DNA of 64,000 bases from positions 10,407-74,406 of IMG/VR virus record IMGVR_UViG_3300034782_000041, one strand, 5' to 3'. Every line of letters begins with the position of its first letter. The first letter of the stretch is position 1. Shown one piece after another: positions 1 through 8,692 of the stretch. Under the pieces are notes generated by a model. That model ran no database searches. It saw nothing but the letters and a program-made list of their open reading frames with translations, and was not told where the DNA came from. Origin of the DNA: a virus. The translations under genes and the position numbers were made by a program.

Positions 1-157
1 ATACGCGCTCGAATTCCGTAACTTCGTCCGTGAAGCGCGACAGATCGAACGCGAGCGCCAAGCGCGTGATGAGCAGCTAAGCGCGTGATCGCGGGCGCGA
101 TCTTGTTCGGTGCTCCAAGTTCCTGTAGGCTAGACCTAACACGACTCGGAGCTAACA

Positions 158-1243
158 ATGCTGACTGCGAATGTTGTCTCGTTTGGGCGCCCAGCGGCTG
201 CCGGATGCACTCCTTGTGGTCTAGGCCAGACCGACACCGTCGAGCTTCCAGAAGAGGTCGTCGATAGGCTCAGCTACCTTTCCCGTGCAGGCGACAAGAT
301 CTGGAACGCGCATGAGTACCTCACCATCGTCAGCAGCGTGTTGGGAGGCCTACCCACTGAGCTGGGCAAGCAGTACAATGACTCCCTAGGTCAGGTTGCG
401 CTTCCCATCGAGCTGGCTTTCGCTGAGCGCAACGGCGTCGAGGGCGTTATCCCTGAAGCGCCAAACCTCCCCGACACGGTCGCGGTAGTTTCCGAGACGA
501 CCGACTCCGGTCTGGGTGTAGCGTTTCTGAACGGCACCAACGACCTACCCAACTTCATTCCCAGCTCGCAGCTCCGCTTCGTTGCACGCAACGGTACCGT
601 CCGGGACCTCTCCGGTACCATCATGCGCAACCAGCAGTACCGGTTCGACGCCGCACAAACAGCAGCGCTCTATGGTCTTGATGGGGGCCGTGGATACGGA
701 CGTGGCCGCACTTCCACCTACTACAATTCTGGTCTCGGCATAGTCGTTACGGGACTCACTGTGGCTGTGGTTTCCATTCTCGCAGTCGCGTTCATCGGAC
801 ACGTCATACAGCGGATCTCCGAAGCGCACTACACTGCCGCGGCTGACAAAGCAGCTGCGTACGCTGACGCACAACGAGCCGACGCCCAAGCACGGCTAAC
901 CAACGCTGTGATGGGCGCGTACAGCGACAGCCTCACGAAGTGCGCAAATCGAACCATGAGTGCGTCCGAGCTGGCGAAGTGTATGGAGAAGGCTGGAGAA
1001 GCCGCCGCCAAAGCATCCAAAAGCGTACCCGAGGTACCTGCACCATCAGCGAGATCCCGAGCTGGCAACCAACTAGACAAGCAGATTCTCGTCTGGGGCG
1101 CTACGGCCGCAGCTATCGGCGTAGGTATTTTCCTCTTCCGCAAGTACAAGAAGCAGAAAGAGACTCGCAGTGAACGTCCACCGAGGGCACGAGCGCGGAT
1201 GCCAGAAGTGCCCTCTCGATACGCTGCCGACCTAGTCATGTAG
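158..1243 (+). CDS. hypothetical membrane protein (two predicted transmembrane helices)
   Basis: 361-aa ORF with GGAG ribosome-binding site at 148-151; hydrophobic segments GLGIVVTGLTVAVVSILAVAFIG and ILVWGATAAAIGVGIFLF; no recognisable catalytic motif. Confidence 0.5.
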   Translation: MLTANVVSFGRPAAAGCTPCGLGQTDTVELPEEVVDRLSYLSRAGDKIWNAHEYLTIVSSVLGGLPTELGKQYNDSLGQVALPIELAFAERNGVEGVIPEAPNLPDTVAVVSETTDSGLGVAFLNGTNDLPNFIPSSQLRFVARNGTVRDLSGTIMRNQQYRFDAAQTAALYGLDGGRGYGRGRTSTYYNSGLGIVVTGLTVAVVSILAVAFIGHVIQRISEAHYTAAADKAAAYADAQRADAQARLTNAVMGAYSDSLTKCANRTMSASELAKCMEKAGEAAAKASKSVPEVPAPSARSRAGNQLDKQILVWGATAAAIGVGIFLFRKYKKQKETRSERPPRARARMPEVPSRYAADLVM

Positions 1244-1249
1244 GCCAAC

Positions 1250-2065
1250 ATGCTGACGGCTTACTATCTACGCGGCGACGACTACGTGCCAAGCTGGGCG
1301 CAGGAATGCCATCCGTCGGTGGCCGCCTACCTTGATGAACCCGAGATTCTCATCGAGAAGTGCTTGAACTGTAGCTGGAACGACCCACTGTGCACGTCAT
1401 TGTCTGTGTCGTCTTCCGATATTCCAGGTTTCCCGTGGCCGCAGTTTGGCACGTACAACATCATCAACTGCATCTCGCAGCTGATTAGCCGTTTGATGTC
1501 GGAGGTCGATGCAAGCAGCTCGGCGGTACGAATCAAGAAGGCTGTCTCGGTCGTTGGTCGTTTCGTCTTGGAGGCACCACGCATCTTCGACATGTCGAAT
1601 GCCGAGATCAACAAGACGGTCAACTACGCGAGGTTTGCTGCTGCTGCTGCGTTGGCGAACAAAAGCTTCGGCGGACTTTACGATACGCTTACTGTAGAGA
1701 CCGCAGTCTCCGCGCTCGAAGTCGAAACGGATCCACTGGTGGCAAAACAGCTCGTTGACGCCATCGGTAGGAACCTTGACAAGACCACTCCCGAGCTTCT
1801 CCTGAGCCGCGGCCTGAATGCGCTTGAACGCGCGAGCATCCTCGGTGAGAGTCTGGGCAGCGACACTGCTACGGCTGCGCGAGCCTACTACAACGCGCTC
1901 AAAGGGCTTCGTGAGCCACCTACCAACGGCGACGTTGAAAACGGAGGCAAGGACACGGACAAAGGCCCTGCTGGACCTTCCCGTGCATTGCGTACCGTTG
2001 CCGTCATTTCAGGCATAAGCGCGATGGCGCTTGTCGTCGCAGCCGTTTGGTACAGCGACCGCTAA
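1250..2065 (+). CDS. hypothetical protein with C-terminal membrane anchor
   Basis: 271-aa ORF starting 7 nt after the upstream stop; C-terminal hydrophobic stretch TVAVISGISAMALVVAAVWY. Confidence 0.45.
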   Translation: MLTAYYLRGDDYVPSWAQECHPSVAAYLDEPEILIEKCLNCSWNDPLCTSLSVSSSDIPGFPWPQFGTYNIINCISQLISRLMSEVDASSSAVRIKKAVSVVGRFVLEAPRIFDMSNAEINKTVNYARFAAAAALANKSFGGLYDTLTVETAVSALEVETDPLVAKQLVDAIGRNLDKTTPELLLSRGLNALERASILGESLGSDTATAARAYYNALKGLREPPTNGDVENGGKDTDKGPAGPSRALRTVAVISGISAMALVVAAVWYSDR

Positions 2066-2122
2066 CACGGTGACTTGATGCTCAAAGAAATACCGTGGAC
2101 GGAGAAGCTTCGCTGAAGGAAT

Positions 2123-2386
2123 TTACTGAGCGTGCAGTACTAGCTTTTCGCAGCCTAGCGCCAGCTTCAAACCGTAGTCGATGTGTCCCTGAGCGCAACG
2201 ATCAACGAGCTGTACTTGCGCGAGCAACACAGGACCCTTACCGAGCTTTGCACGTTCCTCGCAGGTTGCGCGCCAGACGGCTAGAACCTCCTGCTCGAAG
2301 TCACGTGGCTGTTTTCGTGCCTCTGTTTCGAGTACAGCCTGGATACGCGCCGCGGGTCGATCTCCGGTAATCCTAAATACGGTCAT
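2123..2386 (-). CDS. hypothetical small protein
   Basis: 87-aa ORF, first of a chain of abutting minus-strand small ORFs with ATGA-type start/stop overlaps (2386/2383, 2637/2634). Confidence 0.35.
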   Translation of the reverse strand: MTVFRITGDRPAARIQAVLETEARKQPRDFEQEVLAVWRATCEERAKLGKGPVLLAQVQLVDRCAQGHIDYGLKLALGCEKLVLHAQ

Positions 2387-2637
2387 TCCATGTCCTGAAG
2401 CATCAGGCTATCCGGGTCAAGATCTGCGCACTCGCGACAATGATACCAGCCGTCGCCTTGGCAATTCCCCTGTGAGCGTTCGCCGGGATGAAAACACGGA
2501 TGCTCAGCTTCACCGTTGTCGAGGCGCCACTGTCGTTTGCCGCGCTCGAAGATGCAGATTGGGCGACTCTCATCCTGGCTACGTTGATGGTACCGCAGGT
2601 GCTGCCGTACTACTTCGTAGGCCGATTCGTCGCTCAT
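2383..2637 (-). CDS. hypothetical small protein (Cys/His-rich)
   Basis: 84-aa ORF, start overlaps the downstream stop; CxxxxH and CRECADL motifs. Confidence 0.35.
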   Translation of the reverse strand: MSDESAYEVVRQHLRYHQRSQDESRPICIFERGKRQWRLDNGEAEHPCFHPGERSQGNCQGDGWYHCRECADLDPDSLMLQDME

Positions 2638-2855
2638 ACCCAGCCGATCTGCTCAGCTTTCCACAGAGGGATCGTGATGAGTCCTTGAGTGCCGACAGTG
2701 CTATCACACGTCAGCTCGCTGTCGTCTTGCAGAAGCGAGAACGGCACCCATGCTTCGATGTCACCGTCCGTTGCAAGCATTGCAGCAGCACTCATAACTT
2801 TGATCTCCACGTAGATTTCTGTGGGTTCACTGCTTCCCATTTTCGGTTCCCCCAA
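2634..2855 (-). CDS. hypothetical small protein
   Basis: 73-aa ORF in the same abutting chain. Confidence 0.3.
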   Translation of the reverse strand: MGEPKMGSSEPTEIYVEIKVMSAAAMLATDGDIEAWVPFSLLQDDSELTCDSTVGTQGLITIPLWKAEQIGWV

Positions 2856-3057
2856 GGTTGAGTACGGGTTGGTTGATAGCGCCTAGCATGTGGCGCAGCT
2901 TGTCATATAGCTCCTTCACGTCTTTTCCATCAGGCACGAACGGACGCTCGCTGATCGCGTCTGTGTCTTGATCTACTTCATGAAACGCGAACCGCTCCTG
3001 GCCATCGATTACTGATCGCACGACGCGAACATTCCAGAGCATTAGAGCCATGATCAA
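2827..3057 (-). CDS. hypothetical small protein
   Basis: 76-aa ORF in the minus-strand chain. Confidence 0.3.
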   Translation of the reverse strand: MIMALMLWNVRVVRSVIDGQERFAFHEVDQDTDAISERPFVPDGKDVKELYDKLRHMLGAINQPVLNLGGTENGKQ

Positions 3058-3061
3058 ATTC

Positions 3062-3415
3062 TCACTTCGGGCGGTTGTGGTTTCGCATCTCGTCTATCGA
3101 GCACACGCCGTAGCTCCACAGGACTCCCTGGACGAACCCTAGCCACCGAGCAACCTTCTCTTGGGCAGCCTGAGCAGCATAAAACTTCTCTGGTGGAACC
3201 TCGGCAAAGGGCTCCAGCATCTTGCGCATCTCGCCCAGCATCCACAGGACGTGACGGTACGCGGTGGCTTGCTCCCACAGCTTCGCCCTGAGCAGCTCGG
3301 TGCGGTTCGGGTCAACCTTGAGGAGCTGGAACGTGTCGGCGCGAGCCGCAGGCCCGAAGTCCTTCAATAACTCCTCGTACTCACCGAGAATCGAAAGTAG
3401 CTGTGACCTATTCAT
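3062..3415 (-). CDS. hypothetical protein
   Basis: 117-aa ORF, non-repetitive helical-looking composition. Confidence 0.45.
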   Translation of the reverse strand: MNRSQLLSILGEYEELLKDFGPAARADTFQLLKVDPNRTELLRAKLWEQATAYRHVLWMLGEMRKMLEPFAEVPPEKFYAAQAAQEKVARWLGFVQGVLWSYGVCSIDEMRNHNRPK

Positions 3416-3469
3416 GCTTGCTACACCCTCTCATACTGCTCTGACATAGCTGGATGCTAAAGTGTACGA

Positions 3470-3838
3470 ATGAGCTACTTCGATACGCACCTGCACGCCC
3501 ATGAATCGCTACGGCTGAAGTTCGCTGCGCTTCGCCGCGAGCCCTTCTTCGATCTCGTCATCGACAGTTGGGACGACGCGTTTGAACGCGACGACGAGGA
3601 CCGTTGCGAGCAGATTGAGCAGCAGCTCATTTGTGTGTTGGAGGAACGTGGACTGCCGTTGCCGGCAGGCACTTGTACGTTCTGCGGCAAACCTGCCAGC
3701 GAACTGCGCCGCAGCGGCGTGTGCAACGCATGTCAGGCTGAGAAAGAACGAGAACGCAACGCGCCGAAATCCCCTTCGATTCGAGCAGAAACACTCAAGT
3801 GCTATCTCGGCGGTTTGATAGCGCGCGACGTTCAATAG
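3470..3838 (+). CDS. hypothetical protein with C-terminal zinc-ribbon-like motif
   Basis: 122 aa; CTFCGKPASELRRSGVCNACQ (CxxC...CxxC). Confidence 0.45.
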   Translation: MSYFDTHLHAHESLRLKFAALRREPFFDLVIDSWDDAFERDDEDRCEQIEQQLICVLEERGLPLPAGTCTFCGKPASELRRSGVCNACQAEKERERNAPKSPSIRAETLKCYLGGLIARDVQ

Positions 3839-3963
3839 TTCAGCGTGTAGATCAGCGCTGTGACGTCTCCCAGCAATGGAGTTGATGGCACGCACAATTT
3901 CTGCTACAGATCAAGGGTCAATGCCGCCTGCCCGGTGGCTTAGCGCATCGTCCCTGGACCTCC

Positions 3964-3999
3964 GGCGCCCCCTACTCCCCCCCAAGGGTGGGGGGCGCC
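3964..3999. terminator. GC-rich hairpin between convergent genes (candidate bidirectional terminator)
   Basis: GGCGCCCCC(3964-3972)...GGGGGCGCC(3991-3999) inverted repeat with inner C7/G7 run; sits between the stop of 3470-3838 (+) and the stop of 4009-5076 (-); no U-tract. Confidence 0.4.
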
Positions 4000-4008
4000 C
4001 ACTCACCT

Positions 4009-5076
4009 CTAGTCGTCCTCGGGTGGCACAGCTTTGAGTTGTGAGCGCTTCTGAGGCGTCGCTGGCAGCTCCTGAGACTCTTCCAGTTCTTCTCCTAGCT
4101 CCTCGTAGGGCGGTTCGTACGTGTAGTCTGGCGGTGCTACTCCAGGCATTCCAGCAGCGACGAGCCCTGCACGGACCCTGTTGGACGCGACCTCGCCGTT
4201 GAGATCTGGCATAAACCCATCTGGTATACCCAGCCCGGATTGATCATCGCCGTCGTTGTTGGTTACGGGCCGATTACCACCGTTTCTACTACGAGCGAAG
4301 CCGGTGATTTCCATGACCTCTCTGGACATACGGATAGGAGTACTAGCGGTGTCCGGTGTCTGTTTCTCTTCATCAGACGGGAAATTGAGCCGTGCAGCGC
4401 CACGTTCTGTGCCGGCACTACGTACGGCATTGTCGTACGCGATGGCTGCTGCTTCGGGATCGTCGAAAACACCGAGCTGCCGCGTTGCACCATCGCGCGT
4501 AATACAAGCACGCCAGCGTTTGCCGTAGGGATGTACGCCAAAATAACCTGAGGCAGTGGCGTACGGGCCCTTTGTTGGAGGTGCTTTGTCCTCCGCGTGG
4601 CTGGCAGTGTCTTCGCTAGAATCGGGAAAGTTGAGTCGATGACGCCGTCCAACCTCACCAGCACGGACAACAGCATCGTACGCGATGGCGGCCTCTTCGG
4701 GATCGTCGAAGACACCAATGCGCTGTACTGCGCCGTCACGTACGATGCGAGCCATCCAGCGCTTGCCGTAGTTGTAGACGCCAAAGTAGCCCGAGATGGT
4801 GTCATATGGCCCCTTGCGAAACCCTGTTTCAGTTGTCTCGGCTGCCTCTGTATGCTCCCCTACAGGTTCCGTCTCGTTCGTAACTACCTCGTCGCCGGCT
4901 TTGTCGGCGTCACTGATTTTGCCGGCCTTCAGCCGCGTGAGAATCGCAGCGACCTCACCAGAAGGTGTTCGGAAGTTCAATTTCGCCCGTTCTTGTAGGT
5001 AGCTGAAGAGATCGTCCCCAATACTCACGTGCCTAGTCATGCCGGAATCCGTATCACGCCTGTTTTGGCTACACAA
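4009..5076 (-). CDS. DNA-binding protein with two tandem AP2/ERF-type (AP2-integrase-like) domains
   Basis: Two internal repeats GYFGVYNYGKRWMARIVRDGAVQRIGVFDDPEEAAIAYDAV and GYFGVHPYGKRWRACITRDGATRQLGVFDDPEAAAIAYDNAV match the AP2 consensus (YRGV..GKW.A.I.....LG.F...EEAA.AYD). Confidence 0.6.
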   Translation of the reverse strand: MCSQNRRDTDSGMTRHVSIGDDLFSYLQERAKLNFRTPSGEVAAILTRLKAGKISDADKAGDEVVTNETEPVGEHTEAAETTETGFRKGPYDTISGYFGVYNYGKRWMARIVRDGAVQRIGVFDDPEEAAIAYDAVVRAGEVGRRHRLNFPDSSEDTASHAEDKAPPTKGPYATASGYFGVHPYGKRWRACITRDGATRQLGVFDDPEAAAIAYDNAVRSAGTERGAARLNFPSDEEKQTPDTASTPIRMSREVMEITGFARSRNGGNRPVTNNDGDDQSGLGIPDGFMPDLNGEVASNRVRAGLVAAGMPGVAPPDYTYEPPYEELGEELEESQELPATPQKRSQLKAVPPEDD

Positions 5077-5620
5077 GCGATTTTTGACGGACGATTGAAA
5101 TGCGCCGAAATTTTTTTGTGGGGTGGAACGCAGACCTCATCGACAGAGAACTTTGACGCACTGTACCAACCCTAAGATCTAATGGACCTTGATCTCCATG
5201 AGATCACTCCAAAAGACACCCAAAAAAGTTAGAAGTAGAAGGGGTGTATTACCCTTGTCTGGAAGTTGCTCAAGACATTAGTATGAGCATCTAATTCGAT
5301 GTAATTATTAGTGTGTTGAGTAGGTTTTATATAAGGGTAAGGGAGGGATCTAACCCTTGTGGGTCGAACCAAACTACGTACCCGAAATTCCACGGGAATA
5401 AGTCCCTTAGAAGTCCCTTAGAAGGGGGTTAGAAGGGGTTAGAGGTAGGCAGATCCCTATTGGGGGCAGCATCCCCCCACACGCTCGGTAATCCAGGCCT
5501 TCGTAGCCTGGGTGTGTTGTCCCCCGCACTGGGGCTCGTTGTCCAACGCGGCCCACAAGCACTTCGTCAATTTCAGGTCTCCAGTGGAGACAATACTCCC
5601 CTGGTGGTAGGCTAAGGGCC
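5077..5620. promoter_or_regulatory. AT-rich divergent intergenic control region with periodic direct repeats
   Basis: Markedly lower GC than flanks; lies between divergently oriented genes (4009-5076 minus, 5621 onward plus); contains TTAGAAG x4 at 11-12 bp spacing (5401-5444) and a GGGGG-cagcat-CCCCC hairpin (5462-5477). Confidence 0.45.
5401..5444. repeat. four direct repeats with core TTAGAAG at ~11-bp (one helical turn) periodicity
   Basis: agtcccTTAGAAgtcccTTAGAAgggggTTAGAAggggTTAGAgg read directly from sequence. Confidence 0.6.
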
Positions 5621-6152
5621 ATGCCCATCATCGTCGAGATTCGAGCAGCTGAAGGCGGCCAAGACGCGCGCCTGGCAGCCCGAAGCGGTTATCGACGAGC
5701 GCCCAGGGATGGTGATCGCCCGCGTGCGGGGCGTCCAGGCCGCACAGCGGTTCCAGGATGAGCCCGGTGGCCATAGGTGGCAGCGCAAGCCCCCCATCGA
5801 GAAGCGGGGCCGCACGCATACCAGGACGGTGACGGTAGCGGTCTTGCCCGAGCCCACCGAGGTCGAGCTGCGCCTGGACTCCAAGGAGATCGAGTGGACC
5901 GCGACCCGGGGAAGCGGAGCAGGTGGTCAGCACCGGAACGTGACCGCGAGCGCCGTCCAGGTTCGGCATCGACTCTCCGGCCTCATGGTGAGGGTCGAGA
6001 GCGAGCACAGCCAGCACATGAATCGTCAGGCCGCGCTACAACTGCTCAGGGCGCGGTTGTGGGAACAGGCCCGCCAGGCAGCAGGAAAGGCCAGAGCGGC
6101 TGACAGGTCTCGATTGGGTAGCCATCGAGCTAGCATTCCGGGGACAGATTGA
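5616..6152 (+). pseudogene. class-I peptide chain release factor (RF1/RF-H-like) remnant lacking domain 1; frameshifted, PxT replaced by PPI
   Basis: Frame beginning ATG 5621 encodes MPIIVEIRAAEGGQDARLAA (matches RF1 domain-2 start ..LEIRAGTGGDEAALFA); homology then continues in the +1 frame (PEAVIDERPGMVIARVRG..GGHRWQRKPPIEKRGRTHTRTVTVAVLPE..RGSGAGGQHRNVTASAVQVRH..ESEHSQHMNRQAALQLLRARLWEQ) with a GGQ motif; about 16 aa missing at the frame junction and the last ~30 aa of RF1 absent. Confidence 0.55.
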
Positions 6153-6183
6153 CCGCAAGGTGACACGATTCTAACCTCGGTGA

Positions 6184-6516
6184 TCACGTCTCAGCGATCA
6201 GCTTCAGACGATTCATCTCAAAGTCGTAAAGTCGAATCTGACAACCGCGTTTGTACCGTGCGAGCTGGCGAAACTTGCGTACAGCTCGGGCATAGTCGTC
6301 GTAGATACACCCTTTCGACTGTTTGCCTGGGCAAGTTAGCTCCAGGTAGTACATGACCAGCACTCTACCAGTTCCTTCCCGTTTACTACAAGGCGCGCTC
6401 AACCTCGCCCGGCTAGTACTATTGCCCCCGCCAAAGTGCCTTGTTTGATAGGATAACCCGATGGCGAAGAAAGAAGCGACTGGGGTAAAAGTCCGCAAGG
6501 CCAAGAACCCGGACAT
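6184..6516 (-). CDS. hypothetical protein
   Basis: 110-aa ORF. Confidence 0.4.
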   Translation of the reverse strand: MSGFLALRTFTPVASFFAIGLSYQTRHFGGGNSTSRARLSAPCSKREGTGRVLVMYYLELTCPGKQSKGCIYDDYARAVRKFRQLARYKRGCQIRLYDFEMNRLKLIAET

Positions 6517-6778
6517 GGAATTTCAAGTCGAGTCCAAGTGGGGAATGCGCTACGTCAAGGCTGTGCACAAGCCGACGGGACTGCCAATCTCAGCACCAGC
6601 GCACGGCCTAAGTGTCTCATCGGCGGCCGAATGGATTTGTCTTATGGACACTGCGCTCGCGCGGGTAGACTTCGACGACCGCGATAAAGCAATCACGGCG
6701 ATCCAGTCAGTGAACGAGTGCTTCACGCGTAAACCGAGCTGCCCAACGGCGCTACGCAAGTGCGTGAAGAAGTGGTGA
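6461..6778 (+). CDS. hypothetical protein
   Basis: 105-aa ORF; start overlaps the divergent upstream gene. Confidence 0.4.
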   Translation: MAKKEATGVKVRKAKNPDMEFQVESKWGMRYVKAVHKPTGLPISAPAHGLSVSSAAEWICLMDTALARVDFDDRDKAITAIQSVNECFTRKPSCPTALRKCVKKW

Positions 6779-6781
6779 GTC

Positions 6782-6985
6782 GTGGAAAAAACATCGACTA
6801 GCACGCTGCTCAACTACGCTATCGAGCAAATACAAATACACGCTGAGCGGCTCGCTGAACATGAAGCTGATCCCGAGGTTGTAGAGGCCGCAGAAGCGCT
6901 GGCCGAACGGGCGAGAAGTGTACTTCGTGAAATCGCAGCGTTCGGTGACCTCCTCGGCGATGTTCTGTGGATACGACCTCTGTGA
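6782..6985 (+). CDS. hypothetical small acidic protein
   Basis: 67-aa ORF starting 4 nt after the upstream stop. Confidence 0.3.
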   Translation: MEKTSTSTLLNYAIEQIQIHAERLAEHEADPEVVEAAEALAERARSVLREIAAFGDLLGDVLWIRPL

Positions 6986-6997
6986 TAAGCTGAGCGC

Positions 6998-7264
6998 ATG
7001 AAACGTGCGCTGACCGCTGTGGTTCTCTGCGTGGCCTTCGCAGGCTGTCCCCTCTGGAATGTCGCTACAGAGAAGAAGGATGGCTGTGAGCCAACTGCGA
7101 CTCGCTGCAATGGCAACGTCGCGGAGATTTGCGGTAGCGACAAGCGGTGGGACACGAACATGGACTGCTCGGAAGTGACTGGGCCCGATGATCAGAAGTC
7201 GTTCGTCTGTTGTAAAACGCCAGACGGCCACACATGTCTACCGAGCTGCGAAGGAGAACAGTGA
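6998..7264 (+). CDS. small secreted cysteine-rich (lipo)protein
   Basis: N-terminal signal peptide MKRALTAVVLCVAFAGC (lipobox-like AFAGC); 10 Cys in 88 aa. Confidence 0.45.
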   Translation: MKRALTAVVLCVAFAGCPLWNVATEKKDGCEPTATRCNGNVAEICGSDKRWDTNMDCSEVTGPDDQKSFVCCKTPDGHTCLPSCEGEQ

Positions 7265-7470
7265 TGGCCAGATACTTTGTCTTCACCAATCACCCAGCTT
7301 ACCCGAGCCGCCGCCGTTGCTACGTAGACGCAGTTCGGTTCGGCAAAAGCCGTACGGCTACACTTGACTGGTTGCCGCCAACAGTCGGCAAGCTTCGTGA
7401 GGTCGAGGCCAAGAACAAGAAGGAAGCGATCCGCAAGAGCGGCTTGCGTTGCTCTTCGATAAAAGGATAG
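7234..7470 (+). CDS. hypothetical small protein
   Basis: 78-aa ORF. Confidence 0.3.
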   Translation: MSTELRRRTVMARYFVFTNHPAYPSRRRCYVDAVRFGKSRTATLDWLPPTVGKLREVEAKNKKEAIRKSGLRCSSIKG

Positions 7471-7691
7471 ACATGACCTACTACATCGTCCGGGATGAGC
7501 TATTCAAGCAACGCCGTGATGCTGTCAAAGCCGCACGGCGTGTCACACGCTACGAAGGCGGTGCTGCTCTGATCTTCCGAGTTCGCGACGGACGCAAGCA
7601 AGTCGATTCGATTTGTGGACACGTTCGCGGACGGTTCCTTTGCGAGCTACCCAAGAAGCACGCACGCTCGTGGCCCATGCAAGGAGCTTGA
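7449..7691 (+). CDS. hypothetical small protein
   Basis: 80-aa ORF. Confidence 0.3.
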   Translation: MLFDKRIDMTYYIVRDELFKQRRDAVKAARRVTRYEGGAALIFRVRDGRKQVDSICGHVRGRFLCELPKKHARSWPMQGA

Positions 7692-8038
7692 TGATCGAGT
7701 GGTCGGAATTCGCTGCTGACGGACGAAAGCTCGACCGAGCCAATGGCGAAGTCTGCCCATGCGGAAATCCACCTGACGCGCACGTCCATGTCTGGCGTGT
7801 CCACTGTCCATACTGCACGATTGTCTCGACGACGGGTTGGCCATACCCAGAAGGACCTGGGTTCTATCAGCTCCCCGAACACGAAGACATCTTCACGCAC
7901 CGTTGGGGCGGCGGTAACTTCATCACAGCTAACGCACTACGCAATCCTCAACAAGGATACTCGACTTGTCCTGGTTCTGGGCTTACGGTTCCCGCGGAGT
8001 TCGTTGTCGAGCACCTAATTGGAGATCGAGATGGCTGA
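7613..8038 (+). CDS. hypothetical protein (Cys/His-containing)
   Basis: 141-aa ORF; VCPCGNPPDAHVHVWRVHCPYC motif. Confidence 0.35.
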   Translation: MWTRSRTVPLRATQEARTLVAHARSLMIEWSEFAADGRKLDRANGEVCPCGNPPDAHVHVWRVHCPYCTIVSTTGWPYPEGPGFYQLPEHEDIFTHRWGGGNFITANALRNPQQGYSTCPGSGLTVPAEFVVEHLIGDRDG

Positions 8039-8630
8039 TCCAAAGCCTGAGCTGGTCAAGAAGTTCTGGGACTACATGAGCGGCTGCTACGATTCGCGGA
8101 TCGTGAAACGCTCGAACGCGTGGGAGATGAAGATCGTAGCCCGCTTCCTATCCCTGATCCGTGCGATGGACGTAGACACGTTCATGAAGAAGTTCGCCAC
8201 AACGCTTGGCAGCCGCATCTACATTCCATTCGAGCCTGGTGACCAGAACAACAGCGAATGGTCTTTGTGGGAGCAGATCGTAGTCGGTGTCCACGAACAT
8301 CAACACGTCTGGCAGTACGACCATGAGGGTCGAACGTTCATGTGGAAGTACCTGCTGCGGTCGTCGGGCCGCGCACACTACGAAGCCGATGCCTATCGAT
8401 GCAACATCGAGATGCACTACTGGCGCTACGGCAAGATGCCTGACGCACATCGATTGGCTGAGATGCTGAAGGCCTACAAGTGCAACGCAACGGACATCGC
8501 GGTTACAGAAAAGCAGTTCAATCTGAGCATCAAAACGATTGAGACGGGCGCAATCGTCAACGACGCCAGTCGTAAGGCGATTCGCTGGTTAGAGCATAAC
8601 GCACCTACACTGCGCGAAGCGCGCAGCTAG
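8019..8630 (+). CDS. hypothetical protein
   Basis: 203-aa ORF; His-rich stretch VGVHEHQHVWQYDHEG. Confidence 0.45.
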   Translation: MEIEMADPKPELVKKFWDYMSGCYDSRIVKRSNAWEMKIVARFLSLIRAMDVDTFMKKFATTLGSRIYIPFEPGDQNNSEWSLWEQIVVGVHEHQHVWQYDHEGRTFMWKYLLRSSGRAHYEADAYRCNIEMHYWRYGKMPDAHRLAEMLKAYKCNATDIAVTEKQFNLSIKTIETGAIVNDASRKAIRWLEHNAPTLREARS

Positions 8631-8692
8631 ATCTAAGCAGAATCTAGCTGGCGCACGCCGCCGGTAGCGTTTTCCCGCCATTCAATGTTAGA

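Noticed and set aside
5621-5758. Programmed +1 frameshift like that of prfB in the release-factor-like gene
   Set aside because: The frame switch maps to ~5665-5680, but the first in-frame stop of the upstream frame is at 5756. No CUU-UGA-type shifty stop is present at the junction and ~16 residues are missing, so a deletion/pseudogene is more parsimonious. Kept only as a possibility inside the finding.
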